NCBI GenBank assembly: GCA_937903315.1
Contig: CALCZO010000299.1
Coordinates: forward strand, 1-40,231
Length of the DNA stretch: 40,231 nucleotides
Source of the DNA: an uncultured Alphaproteobacteria bacterium
Lineage (GTDB): Bacteria > Pseudomonadota > Alphaproteobacteria > Rhizobiales > Beijerinckiaceae
Reading direction: 5' to 3'
The first letter of the stretch is position 1, and each line of letters starts with the position of its first letter. This document shows, piece after piece, positions 25,529 to 34,114 of this stretch. The notes beneath the pieces were generated by a model, which had not been told where the DNA came from, did no database searches, and saw only the letters and a program-made list of their open reading frames with translations. The position numbers were made by a program, and so were the translations under genes.

Positions 25529-27370
25529 ATGAGCCTCTCCATCGCCATCGGCAACGCGCTGACGGGGTTGCGCTCGGTCGAAACCGGGCTCGATACCGTC
25601 TCGCGCAATATCTCCAGCGCGGGGGTGGAAGGCTATGCGCGGCGGACGGTGGCGGCGGTCGAGACCGGCCCGTCCGGCGTGCGCGACGGCGAGGTGCAGC
25701 GCGTGCTCGATGCCGTGCTGCAACGCCAGATCCGCCGCGAGAGTGCGGGCGCGGCCTACACCGCGACGATGGCGGGATTTCTGTCGCGGCTCGACACCAG
25801 CTTTGGCGTGCCGGGCGGGGCGACCAGCCTCGATACGCTGTTCAACGGTTTCTCCGGTACGATGCAGGCGCTGGCGGCAGAACCGGCCAGCACATCGGCC
25901 CGCAACGACGCGCTGATGGCCGGGCGGCTGCTGGCCTCGGGCTTCAATCAGCTCAGCGCCGACATCCAGACCCTGCGCGGCGATGCCGAGGCGGGGCTGG
26001 ACGGCGCGGTGGGGCAGGTCAACCAGGCCCTGTCCGCCATCGACCGGATCGAAAGCCAGTTGCCGATGGTGTCTGCCGGCAACGCCCGCGCCGATCTGCT
26101 CGATGAGCGCGACCGGCATGTCGATGCGCTGGCGCAACTGCTCGACATCCGTGTGACCGATCGCGGCAACGGCGGCATTGCGATCTTTACCGCCGGCGGC
26201 AGTGCGCTGTTTGACGGACAGGCCTCGCTGCTGCGGTTCGAACCGCGCGCGACCATCGGGCCCTCCTCGCTGTACAGTCCCGATCCGGACGAGAGCGGCG
26301 TCGGCCGGTTGACCATCGTCGATCCGCAGGGCGCGGCGGTTGATCTGAGGGCCGGACCGCTGCAGTCGGGCGAGATTGCCGCGCTGCTGACCCTGCGTGA
26401 CGAGACGCTGGTCGATGCGCAGGCGCGGCTTGACGCGATGGCGGCCGGCGTCGCGCGGATGATGTCCGACAAGCCGGTGGCCAGCACGGCGGCGACAAGC
26501 GGTGCGGCGACCGGTTTCGATCTCGACATGACCGGGCTTTCGGCGGGCGATCCGATCACGGTGACGGTGCGCGAGGGGGCTGCCGAACGGACCATGACGT
26601 TTGTGCGGGTTGAAAGCGCCGCTGCCCTGCCGCTGTCCGGCGTCGGTACGGCAGCGAGCCGATCCTTGATCGGGGTTGATTTTTCCGCGGGCGATGCCAG
26701 CGTGGCGGCTCAGATCCAGACCGCGCTCGGCGGCGGTTTTGCGGTGACCGCGCCTGCGGCCGGGACGCTCAGGGTGCTCGATGACGGAGCGACCGGGGCA
26801 ACCGATGTGGTCAGCCTTTCCGCCTTCGCCACCCAGATTGCACCGCTGTCGGGCAATGCGGCCTTGCCGCTGTTTGTCGATGCGGGCAATGGCGTTGCCA
26901 GCCGGGCGTTTACCGGCGCATTCGACGGCACGCCGCAGCAGACCGGGTTTGCCGGCCGCATTGCCGTCAACCCGACCGTTCTTGCCGATCCGGGCTTGCT
27001 GGTGTCGATGAACGGATCGACACTGGCGGGCGATCCAACCCGCCCGCAGGAGCTGATGAACCGTCTGACGGAGGGGACAGCCCGGTTCTTGACCGTTGGC
27101 GGTTCGGTCTCCGGCGTCACCACGGCGAGCCTGCCGGGGTTGCTGCGCGGCATGCTCGATGTGCAGGGGGCGCAGGCCGCGGATGCCGCCAGCATGGACG
27201 AAGGCCAGCAGATCGTCGTCGGTTCGCTGCGCCAGCGGTTTTCCGATGTGTCCGGCGTTTCGATCGATACTGAAATGGCCCGGCTTGTCGAATTGCAGAA
27301 CGCCTATGCCGCCAATGCCCGCATCATCAGCGTCGTCCAGCAGATGCTGGATGCGTTGATGCGGATCTAG
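25529..27370 (+). CDS. flgK: Flagellar hook-associated protein 1 FlgK
   Basis: The peptide starts MSLSIAIGNALTGLRSVETGLDTVSRNISSAGVEGYARR and ends EMARLVELQNAYAANARIISVVQQMLDALM. The gene lies directly after flgE. Confidence 0.85.
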   Translation: MSLSIAIGNALTGLRSVETGLDTVSRNISSAGVEGYARRTVAAVETGPSGVRDGEVQRVLDAVLQRQIRRESAGAAYTATMAGFLSRLDTSFGVPGGATSLDTLFNGFSGTMQALAAEPASTSARNDALMAGRLLASGFNQLSADIQTLRGDAEAGLDGAVGQVNQALSAIDRIESQLPMVSAGNARADLLDERDRHVDALAQLLDIRVTDRGNGGIAIFTAGGSALFDGQASLLRFEPRATIGPSSLYSPDPDESGVGRLTIVDPQGAAVDLRAGPLQSGEIAALLTLRDETLVDAQARLDAMAAGVARMMSDKPVASTAATSGAATGFDLDMTGLSAGDPITVTVREGAAERTMTFVRVESAAALPLSGVGTAASRSLIGVDFSAGDASVAAQIQTALGGGFAVTAPAAGTLRVLDDGATGATDVVSLSAFATQIAPLSGNAALPLFVDAGNGVASRAFTGAFDGTPQQTGFAGRIAVNPTVLADPGLLVSMNGSTLAGDPTRPQELMNRLTEGTARFLTVGGSVSGVTTASLPGLLRGMLDVQGAQAADAASMDEGQQIVVGSLRQRFSDVSGVSIDTEMARLVELQNAYAANARIISVVQQMLDALMRI

Positions 27371-27389
27371 GCGCACAAGGGAGAAGGCC

Positions 27390-28895
27390 ATGACCACGCT
27401 CTCACGGTTCACCCCCGGCCTCTACAGCGCCGAACGGCAGGCCGGCCGGCTCGAAGACCTGCGCAAGAGCCTCGACACGCTGAGCCGCCAGCTTTCAACC
27501 GGCCGGCGCGCCGAGACGCTGGGCGAGGTTGGCGCCGCCCGTTCGACCCTGATCGACATGCGGGCGCAACTGTCCCGGACAACGGCCTATCAGTCGGTCA
27601 ACGAGCGCGGCGCGCTGCGCCTGTCGCTGATGAGCGGCGCGCTCGACAATCTGGCCAAACTCGGTGCAGCGGCGCGGCGTGACGCATTGACGGCGACCGG
27701 GCCGGAAACGATCGAGACCGTCGGCGTGCGGACGACCGGCGCGCGGGCCAATCTCGCTGCCGCGCTTGACCAGCTCAACACCGACCTTGACGGGCAGTAC
27801 CTGTTCGCGGGCCGTGCGAACGATCAGGTTCCGGTGCCGGATGCCGGCGCGCTGCTTGATGGCGACGGGGCGGCAGCCGGCCTGCGCACGCTGATTGCCG
27901 AACGGCGCGCTGCCGACAAGGGTGACGGACTGGGACGCCTGACGCTCGACCAGACCGGAGCCACCGTGTCGCTGACCGAGGAGAACCCGCCGACCTTTGG
28001 CTTCAAGCTCAAGTCGATGGTCAGTTCGCTAAGCGGGGGCACGGTGACGGGACCGGATGGCGTGCCGCGTGCGGTCTCGCTGTCGCTGTCCTCGACGCTC
28101 GCAGTGGGGCAGACGATCACGCTGTCGCTGTCGCTGCCGGATGGATCGAGCGAGAGCATCACGCTGGTGGCGCGCGAGGTTGGCCAGCCGGGCGATGCCG
28201 CCAGCGGTTTCACCATTGCCGGAAATCTCAACGATACTGCCGCCAATCTCCGCGCCTCGCTGGCGGCCGCTCTTGCCGCGAAAGCCGATACCGCGCTGGC
28301 CGCTGCGTCCTCGATGGTCGCGGCTCAGGATTTCTTCGCAGCAACGGCCGACACGCCTGCCCGCCGGATCGACGGACCGCCGTACGACACCGCGACCGGC
28401 TTTGCCGCCAGCGGCAGCCGGCCGACGATGCTGTGGTATCAGGGCGATGCCGATCCGGCCCTGACAGCGCGCGACAGCCAGCGCACGACCATCGATCGGG
28501 GGCTGACACTTGGCGTCGGGGCCCGTGCCAATGAGGCGCCGCTTCAGGCCATGCTGGCCGGATTTGCGGTGCTGGGCGCCGAACAGCCGACAACCGGCGA
28601 CAGTCATGCCGTCGAACGCTTCCGCGCCCTGTCCGACCGGGCGGCGAGCCAATGGGGGCCGACAGCGCTCAGCGGGATCGTCGGCGACCTGTCCGCGGCG
28701 TCGGCGGCCATGGCGTCGGCCAACGAGCGCCACCAGCAGCGCGCCAATCTGTTCGAGACAGCGATTGCCGGGATCGAGCAGCCCTCGCTCGAAGAACTCT
28801 CGGCTTCGATCCTGTCGATCCAGACACGGCTGGAGGCAAGCTATCAGGTCACCGCCAGCATCGGGCGGCTCTCGCTGGCCAGCTACCTGGGATAG
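27390..28895 (+). CDS. flgL: Flagellar hook-associated protein 3 FlgL (long form, 501 aa)
   Basis: Its position after flgK, a flagellin-like helical N-terminus and a helical C-terminus support the call. The central region is longer than I would expect for FlgL (from memory, not checked). Confidence 0.65.
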   Translation: MTTLSRFTPGLYSAERQAGRLEDLRKSLDTLSRQLSTGRRAETLGEVGAARSTLIDMRAQLSRTTAYQSVNERGALRLSLMSGALDNLAKLGAAARRDALTATGPETIETVGVRTTGARANLAAALDQLNTDLDGQYLFAGRANDQVPVPDAGALLDGDGAAAGLRTLIAERRAADKGDGLGRLTLDQTGATVSLTEENPPTFGFKLKSMVSSLSGGTVTGPDGVPRAVSLSLSSTLAVGQTITLSLSLPDGSSESITLVAREVGQPGDAASGFTIAGNLNDTAANLRASLAAALAAKADTALAAASSMVAAQDFFAATADTPARRIDGPPYDTATGFAASGSRPTMLWYQGDADPALTARDSQRTTIDRGLTLGVGARANEAPLQAMLAGFAVLGAEQPTTGDSHAVERFRALSDRAASQWGPTALSGIVGDLSAASAAMASANERHQQRANLFETAIAGIEQPSLEELSASILSIQTRLEASYQVTASIGRLSLASYLG

Positions 28896-28969
28896 AGTCA
28901 CTGACCGACACGCGAGCGCGATCGATCCGGGGGGCTGGCGCCGCCCGGACCGCGCGGTGTGTGTGCCGC

Positions 28970-29335
28970 TCAGGCTTGTCCGCGCAAGCCTGCCGCCAGA
29001 TCGCGGTTGATCCCGATCAGGCAGGCGAGCTTGGCCGCATCGGGCGCGGCTGTGGTCGCGATGGTGTGGTTGAGGACAAAATTGGCGAGCGTGAGGACGG
29101 CACCGCGCAACTCGGGCGGCAGTTCCGACTCCGGGCGCGATACACTCGAAAGGATCACCGTCCAGAGCTTGCGGTTGTGGGTCAGCGCGGCTTCGAAGGC
29201 GGCATTGCCGGGCACCTCCCGCTCGGCCGCCAATTGCAGGCGTGCAGCGGCTTTGACAAGGGCACTGGCTTCGCTTTCGCGCGGCGACATGCCGGCGCGG
29301 GCGGAATTGGCATAATGCTGTGCAGGCTGGGACAT
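28970..29335 (-). CDS. flaF: Flagellar biosynthesis regulator FlaF
   Basis: The peptide MSQPAQHYANSARAGMSPRESEASALVKAAARLQ...HNRKLWTVILSSV...LANFVLNHT matches the FlaF family. ATG at 29335 with a GAGGAA SD. Confidence 0.75.
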   Translation of the reverse strand: MSQPAQHYANSARAGMSPRESEASALVKAAARLQLAAEREVPGNAAFEAALTHNRKLWTVILSSVSRPESELPPELRGAVLTLANFVLNHTIATTAAPDAAKLACLIGINRDLAAGLRGQA

Positions 29336-29345
29336 CGGGAGTTCC

Positions 29346-29768
29346 TCAACTGGTTCTGGACAAGGCGATGGGGGCATGGGACGGCGCGGCCCGGCTTTGG
29401 CCGGCAGGGCCATAGGCGGAGGGCAGCGGACGGCTCATCTGGTGCGAGACGTCGCGGATCAGGTCTTCGGCGACGCTGCGGGTCGTGGTCAGCACGCTGT
29501 GGTTCTGGCGGAGCGTGCGCGCCAGCGCCTCATGGCGGGCGCGGATCTCGGCGATCAGCGGTCCCGGCAGGGTGATGACCGCCTCGCTGTGCGCCTGCCA
29601 GCCGGCAAGTGCCGTGCGGTAGCGGGCAAAGGCATCCATCTTGGCCGGCAACAGATCGAGCGCGTCACGGATGCGGCCTGCGGCGGCGGCCCGGGTTTCA
29701 GCCACAACCACCGCGTCGAGCGCGATCAGCGCGTCCAGCAGGGCATGCGCCCAGTCAGGCCTTTGCAT
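29346..29768 (-). CDS. Hypothetical flagellar-cluster protein (140 aa, helical); possible FlgN-like chaperone
   Basis: It is co-directional with flgJ-like and flaF and overlaps the flgJ-like stop by 14 nt. I recognise no signature motif. It does not resemble FlbT. Confidence 0.5.
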   Translation of the reverse strand: MQRPDWAHALLDALIALDAVVVAETRAAAAGRIRDALDLLPAKMDAFARYRTALAGWQAHSEAVITLPGPLIAEIRARHEALARTLRQNHSVLTTTRSVAEDLIRDVSHQMSRPLPSAYGPAGQSRAAPSHAPIALSRTS

Positions 29769-30066
29769 CGAGGCTTCCTCCTGTTGCGCGGACGAGATCG
29801 CGGTAGACGGCCGGCGCGATGCCGACGCCGCCGCGCGCCGAAAGCGCCTTGGCGTGTTCGTCGATCAGCAGGCTGCGCCAGGCTTCCGCGCCGGGACCGG
29901 AAGCGCCGAGGGGGCCTTCGCCGTCTACGGTCGCGAACGCCTGCTCAAGCATGGACTTCAGAAACTGGCTCTCGAAGTCCTTGGCCGTGGCCAGCGCCTT
30001 GCGCGCCTGCGGCGCGAGCGTGGCGGAGGCGGTTGGCAGCGACAGCGGGGGCAGGGCGGCCATCAC
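29755..30066 (-). CDS. flgJ: Rod-binding protein (FlgJ N-terminal domain only, no muramidase domain)
   Basis: AKDFESQFLKSMLEQAF is the Rod_binding motif. Its start overlaps the flgI stop (GTG 30066 or ATG 30063). Confidence 0.7.
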   Translation of the reverse strand: MMAALPPLSLPTASATLAPQARKALATAKDFESQFLKSMLEQAFATVDGEGPLGASGPGAEAWRSLLIDEHAKALSARGGVGIAPAVYRDLVRATGGSLDAKA

Positions 30067-31178
30067 ATCACCTCGATATCGGCTTGGAGGGCGCCGGCGG
30101 ATTTGATCGCCTGGAGGATGGTGATCATATCGCGCGGACCGATACCGAGCGCGTTCAGGCCATCGACCAGATCCTGCAGGCTGACGCCCTCACCGACGAT
30201 GCCGAGCTTGCGTTTGACATCGGTATCGACCCGCACTTCGGTGCGCGGGGCGACGACGGTTTCGCCGTTCGACAGCGCTTCAGGCTGGGAGACAACCGGG
30301 CGTTCGGTGATCGAGACGGTCAGGTTGCCCTGTGCGACGCCGACGGTGGACACGCGGACATCGCGGCCCATGACGATGACGCCGGAGCGCTCGTCGATGA
30401 TGATCCGTGCGCGCTGGTCTGGTTCGACACGCAGCTGCTCCACCTCGGTCAGGAGCTGGACGATGTTGCCCTTGTAGGTCTTGGGGATATGCATCTGCAC
30501 GGTTGCCGGATCGACCGGTTCGGCCGTGCTGGTGCCAAGAAAGTCGTTGACCGCAGCGGCAATGCGACGGGCGGTGGTGAAGTCGGGATTGCGCAGCGAC
30601 AGTTTCAGCTTCTTCTGGTCGGCCAGCTTGAATTCGACCTCGCGTTCGATCAGTGCGCCGTTCGGGATGCGGCCGACGGTCGGCACGCCGCGCGTAACCT
30701 TGGCGGCATCGCCTTCGGCGGCAAAGCCGGCAATCGCCAGCGACCCCTGCGCCACGGCATAGACCTCGCCATCCGCGCCCAGCAGCGGCGTGACCAGCAG
30801 CGTGCCGCCCTGCAACGACTTGGCATCGCCGAGCGCGGAGACGGTCACGTCCATCCGGGTGCCCTGCGAGGCGAAGGCCGGCAGGTTGGCCGTCACCATC
30901 ACGGCGGCGACATTGGCGGTGCGCAGCGTCGTGCCGCGGGTGTTCACGCCCAGTCGTTCAAGCATCGCGGTCAGCGACTGCTTGGTGAAGGGCGCGTTGT
31001 TGAGCGTATCGCCGGTGCCGTTGAGGCCCACGACGAGGCCGTAGCCAACCAGCTGGTTTTCCCGAATCCCTTCGATGGCGGCGAGATCCTTGATCCGCGA
31101 CAGGGCGGATGCCGGACCGGTCAGGACCATGAGTAACAGGACTGCAATCAGGGCGCGTGCAAACGGCGGGACAGGCAT
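30063..31178 (-). CDS. flgI: Flagellar P-ring protein FlgI
   Basis: A signal peptide (MPVPPFARALIAVLLLMVLTGPASA) is followed by LSRIKDLAAIEGIRENQLVGYGLVVGLNGTGD, the canonical FlgI sequence. The ATG at 31178 has a GAGGAG SD 10 nt upstream. Upstream Met codons fall inside the promoter. Confidence 0.88.
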   Translation of the reverse strand: MPVPPFARALIAVLLLMVLTGPASALSRIKDLAAIEGIRENQLVGYGLVVGLNGTGDTLNNAPFTKQSLTAMLERLGVNTRGTTLRTANVAAVMVTANLPAFASQGTRMDVTVSALGDAKSLQGGTLLVTPLLGADGEVYAVAQGSLAIAGFAAEGDAAKVTRGVPTVGRIPNGALIEREVEFKLADQKKLKLSLRNPDFTTARRIAAAVNDFLGTSTAEPVDPATVQMHIPKTYKGNIVQLLTEVEQLRVEPDQRARIIIDERSGVIVMGRDVRVSTVGVAQGNLTVSITERPVVSQPEALSNGETVVAPRTEVRVDTDVKRKLGIVGEGVSLQDLVDGLNALGIGPRDMITILQAIKSAGALQADIEVM

Positions 31179-31219
31179 GCGGTGCAAACTCCTCGACCCC
31201 ATACGGGTGTCGACAGGCA

Positions 31220-31235
31220 TGCGCGCACCGTGCCA
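31220..31235 (-). promoter_or_regulatory. Sigma-54-type promoter TGGCAC-N5-GCGCA upstream of flgI
   Basis: The minus strand reads ATTGGCACGGTGCGCGCA, with correct GG-N10-GC spacing. The ATTGGCACGG decamer is shared with the flgF promoter. It lies ~40 nt upstream of the flgI ATG. Confidence 0.55.
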
Positions 31236-31385
31236 ATGGCAAAGTCGATAAAAAACAAACAATTGAGCGAAAATGTCAACCGAACATCAGGGCAAAAACA
31301 TCCTTGGACGGCAAGAACAGCCGCGATGTTTACACTCCGTTTACGATCCGCAGATCACAGTAATGCACGGAAAGGTTGTGTCCTG

Positions 31386-31799
31386 ATGCGTGTCGGCCCG
31401 GTTTCTGCCTATCGAATGTCCAGCGGCTCCGCCCGCGTGTCGGGCACGGTGTCGACGGGTTTTGCCGTGGCGAGCCCGGCGGCGCGCACGCAGGCGACGA
31501 GCGCCGCCTCGGCGCCGGTTGGTGTCGGTCTGATGCCGGTCGGCGATCTGTTCGAGCGACGCCGGGACGGTGCGCGTCGCGGGCGGGCGATCATCGAGGC
31601 GCTGGATCAGCTCAAGCTTGCGTTGCTGTCTGGCGGGCCAACCGACGAGGCGCTCGGGACGCTGCTGCTGGCCAATGGTTCGATCGATGCCGGCGATGAT
31701 CCGGGCCTTGCGGCGGTGCTCGATTCGATTGGCCTGAGGGCCGATGTTGAACTGGCCAAGGCGTCGATGCGCCGCCGGCGCGGCGATTCGCAGGGCTGA
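31386..31799 (+). CDS. fliX: Flagellar assembly regulator FliX
   Basis: MRVGPVSAY...DLFERRRDGARRGRAIIEALDQLKLALLSGG...VLDSIGLRADVELAK matches the Caulobacter FliX pattern as I recall it. It is divergent from flgI, as in Caulobacter. Confidence 0.75.
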   Translation: MRVGPVSAYRMSSGSARVSGTVSTGFAVASPAARTQATSAASAPVGVGLMPVGDLFERRRDGARRGRAIIEALDQLKLALLSGGPTDEALGTLLLANGSIDAGDDPGLAAVLDSIGLRADVELAKASMRRRRGDSQG

Positions 31800-31938
31800 A
31801 CACGGCGCGTCCGGCTCGCCAGCGCGTCGGCGGTACAGCCAAGGCACCATTATTTCTTCGGATTTGAAACTTACGGTCTTTGCAATTGTCCTGTCATGTC
31901 AATGCGACTATAGGGCAGGAAAGAGACGTGAGGTGAGG

Positions 31939-32373
31939 ATGTCGCGTATGGCCAACAAGGTGATCAAACTCGATCCTGGCTATCGTCCGAGTTCCGACGA
32001 ACCGTTCATGAACGAGCGCCAGCGGGAGTATTTCCGGCGCAAGCTCATCAACTGGAAAGAGGAAATTCTGCGCGATGCCGAGGAAACGCTCAGCGCGATG
32101 CAGAGCGATACGGAAACCCATCCCGATCTGGTCGATCGGGCTTCGTCCGAAGGCGACCGCGCTATCGAACTCAGGGCGCGTGACCGGCAGCGCAAGCTGA
32201 TTGCCAAGATCGAATCGGCGTTGCTGCGGATTGCCGACGGCTCCTACGGGTTCTGCGAGGAGACGGGTGATCCGATCTCGCTGCAGCGGCTCGATGCCCG
32301 GCCCATTGCCACCCTGTCGCTGGAAGCACAGGAGCGGCATGAGCGGCGCGAGAAGATCTACCGCGACGACTGA
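31939..32373 (+). CDS. dksA: RNA polymerase-binding transcription factor DksA (one-cysteine variant)
   Basis: FMNERQREYFRRKLINWKEEIL...DLVDRASSEGDRAIELRARDRQRKLI...GSYGFCEETGDPISLQRLDARPIATLSLEAQERHE is DksA-like. Only one of the four canonical zinc-finger Cys residues is present. The start is ATG 31939 or 31948. Confidence 0.85.
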   Translation: MSRMANKVIKLDPGYRPSSDEPFMNERQREYFRRKLINWKEEILRDAEETLSAMQSDTETHPDLVDRASSEGDRAIELRARDRQRKLIAKIESALLRIADGSYGFCEETGDPISLQRLDARPIATLSLEAQERHERREKIYRDD

Positions 32374-32376
32374 GTG

Positions 32377-33129
32377 TCAGAACGGCAGCAGGACATCGAG
32401 CACCTGCTGGCCGTAGCGCGGCTGCTGGATATCGGAAATCTGGCCGCGGCCGCCGTAGGAAATGCGCGCCTGGGCGATCTTCGTGGATTCGATGGCGTTG
32501 CCCGCCTCGATGTCTTCCGGCCTGACGACACCGGCGACGATCAGTTCGCGCACCTCGAAATTGACGCGCACCTCCTGCTTGCCTTCGATGACCAGATTGC
32601 CGTTGGGCAGGACCTGCGTGACGATGGCGGCGATGTCGGTGACAAGCTGCTCCTGCCGCTTGACCGAGCCCTGCCCGTTGGAGGTCGAGTTGGCCGAGCC
32701 CTTGACCAGCGCTTCGGGCTTCACGCCGTCGGCGAGAATGTTCGACAGCTGCTGTTCGGCACCGAAAAAGCCCTCGACACCGAAATTCTCGCCGCTGGTC
32801 CGCGTCCGCTGGGTCTGGTTGTCGATCTTGGCGCTGTCGGTGATCCTGACCCGGACGTTGACGAGATCGCCGACCTGGGCGGCGCGCTGGTCCTTGAAAA
32901 AGGCGCGCGAACCGGAGCGCCACAGGGAGTTCGACGAGGATCTGACCACCTGCGGTGTCGGCATCGGCATCTGCACCGGTTTGTAGCCGGGCTGGCTGAC
33001 CGGATTTTCGATCGAGGAGAGCGAGGGCCGCTCGCCGATATCGCGCAGCCGGTCGACCGCGCTGCATCCGCCGAGGGTGGCCGCAACTCCGGCCAGGGTC
33101 ATCACTGTGGTCAGGCGAACAGAACGCAT
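32377..33129 (-). CDS. flgH: Flagellar L-ring lipoprotein FlgH
   Basis: It has a lipobox (LGGC|S) and FlgH core motifs (GDLVNVRVRITD...NLVIEGKQEVRVN). The ATG at 33129 has a GAGGAA SD and is preferred over the TTG at 33147. Confidence 0.88.
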   Translation of the reverse strand: MRSVRLTTVMTLAGVAATLGGCSAVDRLRDIGERPSLSSIENPVSQPGYKPVQMPMPTPQVVRSSSNSLWRSGSRAFFKDQRAAQVGDLVNVRVRITDSAKIDNQTQRTRTSGENFGVEGFFGAEQQLSNILADGVKPEALVKGSANSTSNGQGSVKRQEQLVTDIAAIVTQVLPNGNLVIEGKQEVRVNFEVRELIVAGVVRPEDIEAGNAIESTKIAQARISYGGRGQISDIQQPRYGQQVLDVLLPF

Positions 33130-33143
33130 GGGACGGTCATTCC

Positions 33144-34097
33144 TCAATTGCTGGCTTTGGTCTGGAGCGCATCGAGCCGGGCCGAAACCTTGCCGGCCCC
33201 GGTGATCACCGCATCGATCGTCCGCTTGGAGGTCAGGTTCTGCACCGGGACGACCGCACCCAGCACGCCGCCGGCGAGCGCGCGGCCGCGCAGTGTCAGG
33301 CTGATTCCCGGCGCGGTGTAGGAGACGGTGACCGGCTGATTGCGTTCGACCAGTTCAGGCGCGGCAAGGTCGCTCTGACGCAGCAGCTGGCCGGCAGCAA
33401 GGCCGCGCCGGGCCACCATGCCGACCAGACGGACCGGGTCCTCGACAATGCCGACGGGCAGGTCGCGGCGCGACTTGCGTTCGCTGGCAAGGTCCCCGGC
33501 GGTGATGGCCTCGCCCCGCCCGAGCGGGCGGGCGAGGACGGGAATGTCCATCCTCAGGTCGGCGGTGCCGGTCAGCCGGTGGGCCACAGCCCCCGCAACA
33601 AGGCGGATGACGAAACGGCCGCTGCGCAGATCCAGATCCTCGATCACCAGACGCGGAGCGACGGTTTCGGGTGTGTCGCCGATGATGGCGGCCAGCGGCG
33701 GATCGAAGGCGAGCGGTGCGTCGGCAAATTGCCGGTCGCGCTGGGTAAGCGTGGTCGCCACGAGGGCGGTCAGGGTTGCTGCCGACAGCGTGGTGGCGGG
33801 CCGGCGCACGATGATCGAGCCATCGAGCGCGCCCTCCAGCGCGGCAAGGCCAAGCTCGCGCGCCGCTTCGGCAATCCGCTCGGCGCGGATCGTGCCGACG
33901 CCGCCCAGTTGCGGCGCAGCGAACAGCGCCGTCTGTCCGAGCGCGCCGGCATGCTCGACCAGATCGTCGAGCCGGACGATCTCGCCGCTTACCACCGCCT
34001 CGCGTTTCAGGCGCGGGTGGGGTTGGGCGACCAGCGTTGCGGTTGCCATGAGAAAACACAGGGTCGCAGCAAGGCTCTGTTTCAGGGACCGGTTCAT
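33144..34097 (-). CDS. flgA: Flagellar basal-body P-ring formation chaperone FlgA
   Basis: It has a signal peptide, a C-terminal SAF/FlgA motif (VTVSYTAPGISLTLRGRALAGGVLGAVVPVQNLTSKRTIDAVITGAGKV) and the expected position between flgG and flgH. Confidence 0.8.
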   Translation of the reverse strand: MNRSLKQSLAATLCFLMATATLVAQPHPRLKREAVVSGEIVRLDDLVEHAGALGQTALFAAPQLGGVGTIRAERIAEAARELGLAALEGALDGSIIVRRPATTLSAATLTALVATTLTQRDRQFADAPLAFDPPLAAIIGDTPETVAPRLVIEDLDLRSGRFVIRLVAGAVAHRLTGTADLRMDIPVLARPLGRGEAITAGDLASERKSRRDLPVGIVEDPVRLVGMVARRGLAAGQLLRQSDLAAPELVERNQPVTVSYTAPGISLTLRGRALAGGVLGAVVPVQNLTSKRTIDAVITGAGKVSARLDALQTKASN

Positions 34098-34114
34098 GGC
34101 GATAATGCTCCTTG

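Noticed and set aside
25511-27412. A 633-aa minus-strand ORF
   Set aside because: It is antisense to flgK, which has clear axial-protein N- and C-terminal signatures. This is a high-GC frame artefact.
28926-28949. A GC-rich imperfect hairpin, TCCGGGGGGC-tggc-GCCGCCCGGA, between the convergent flgL and flaF genes
   Set aside because: It has one mismatch in the stem and no flanking U-tract on either strand. It is plausible as a terminator but too weak to list as a feature.
29376-31136. A 586-aa plus-strand ORF
   Set aside because: It is antisense to flgI, the flgJ-like gene and ORF140. The translation has an Arg/Gly-rich artefact composition.
31880-31917. A possible sigma-70-type promoter, TTGTCC-N17-TATAGG, upstream of dksA
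   Set aside because: It is only a loose match, alphaproteobacterial housekeeping promoters are degenerate, and there is no independent support.
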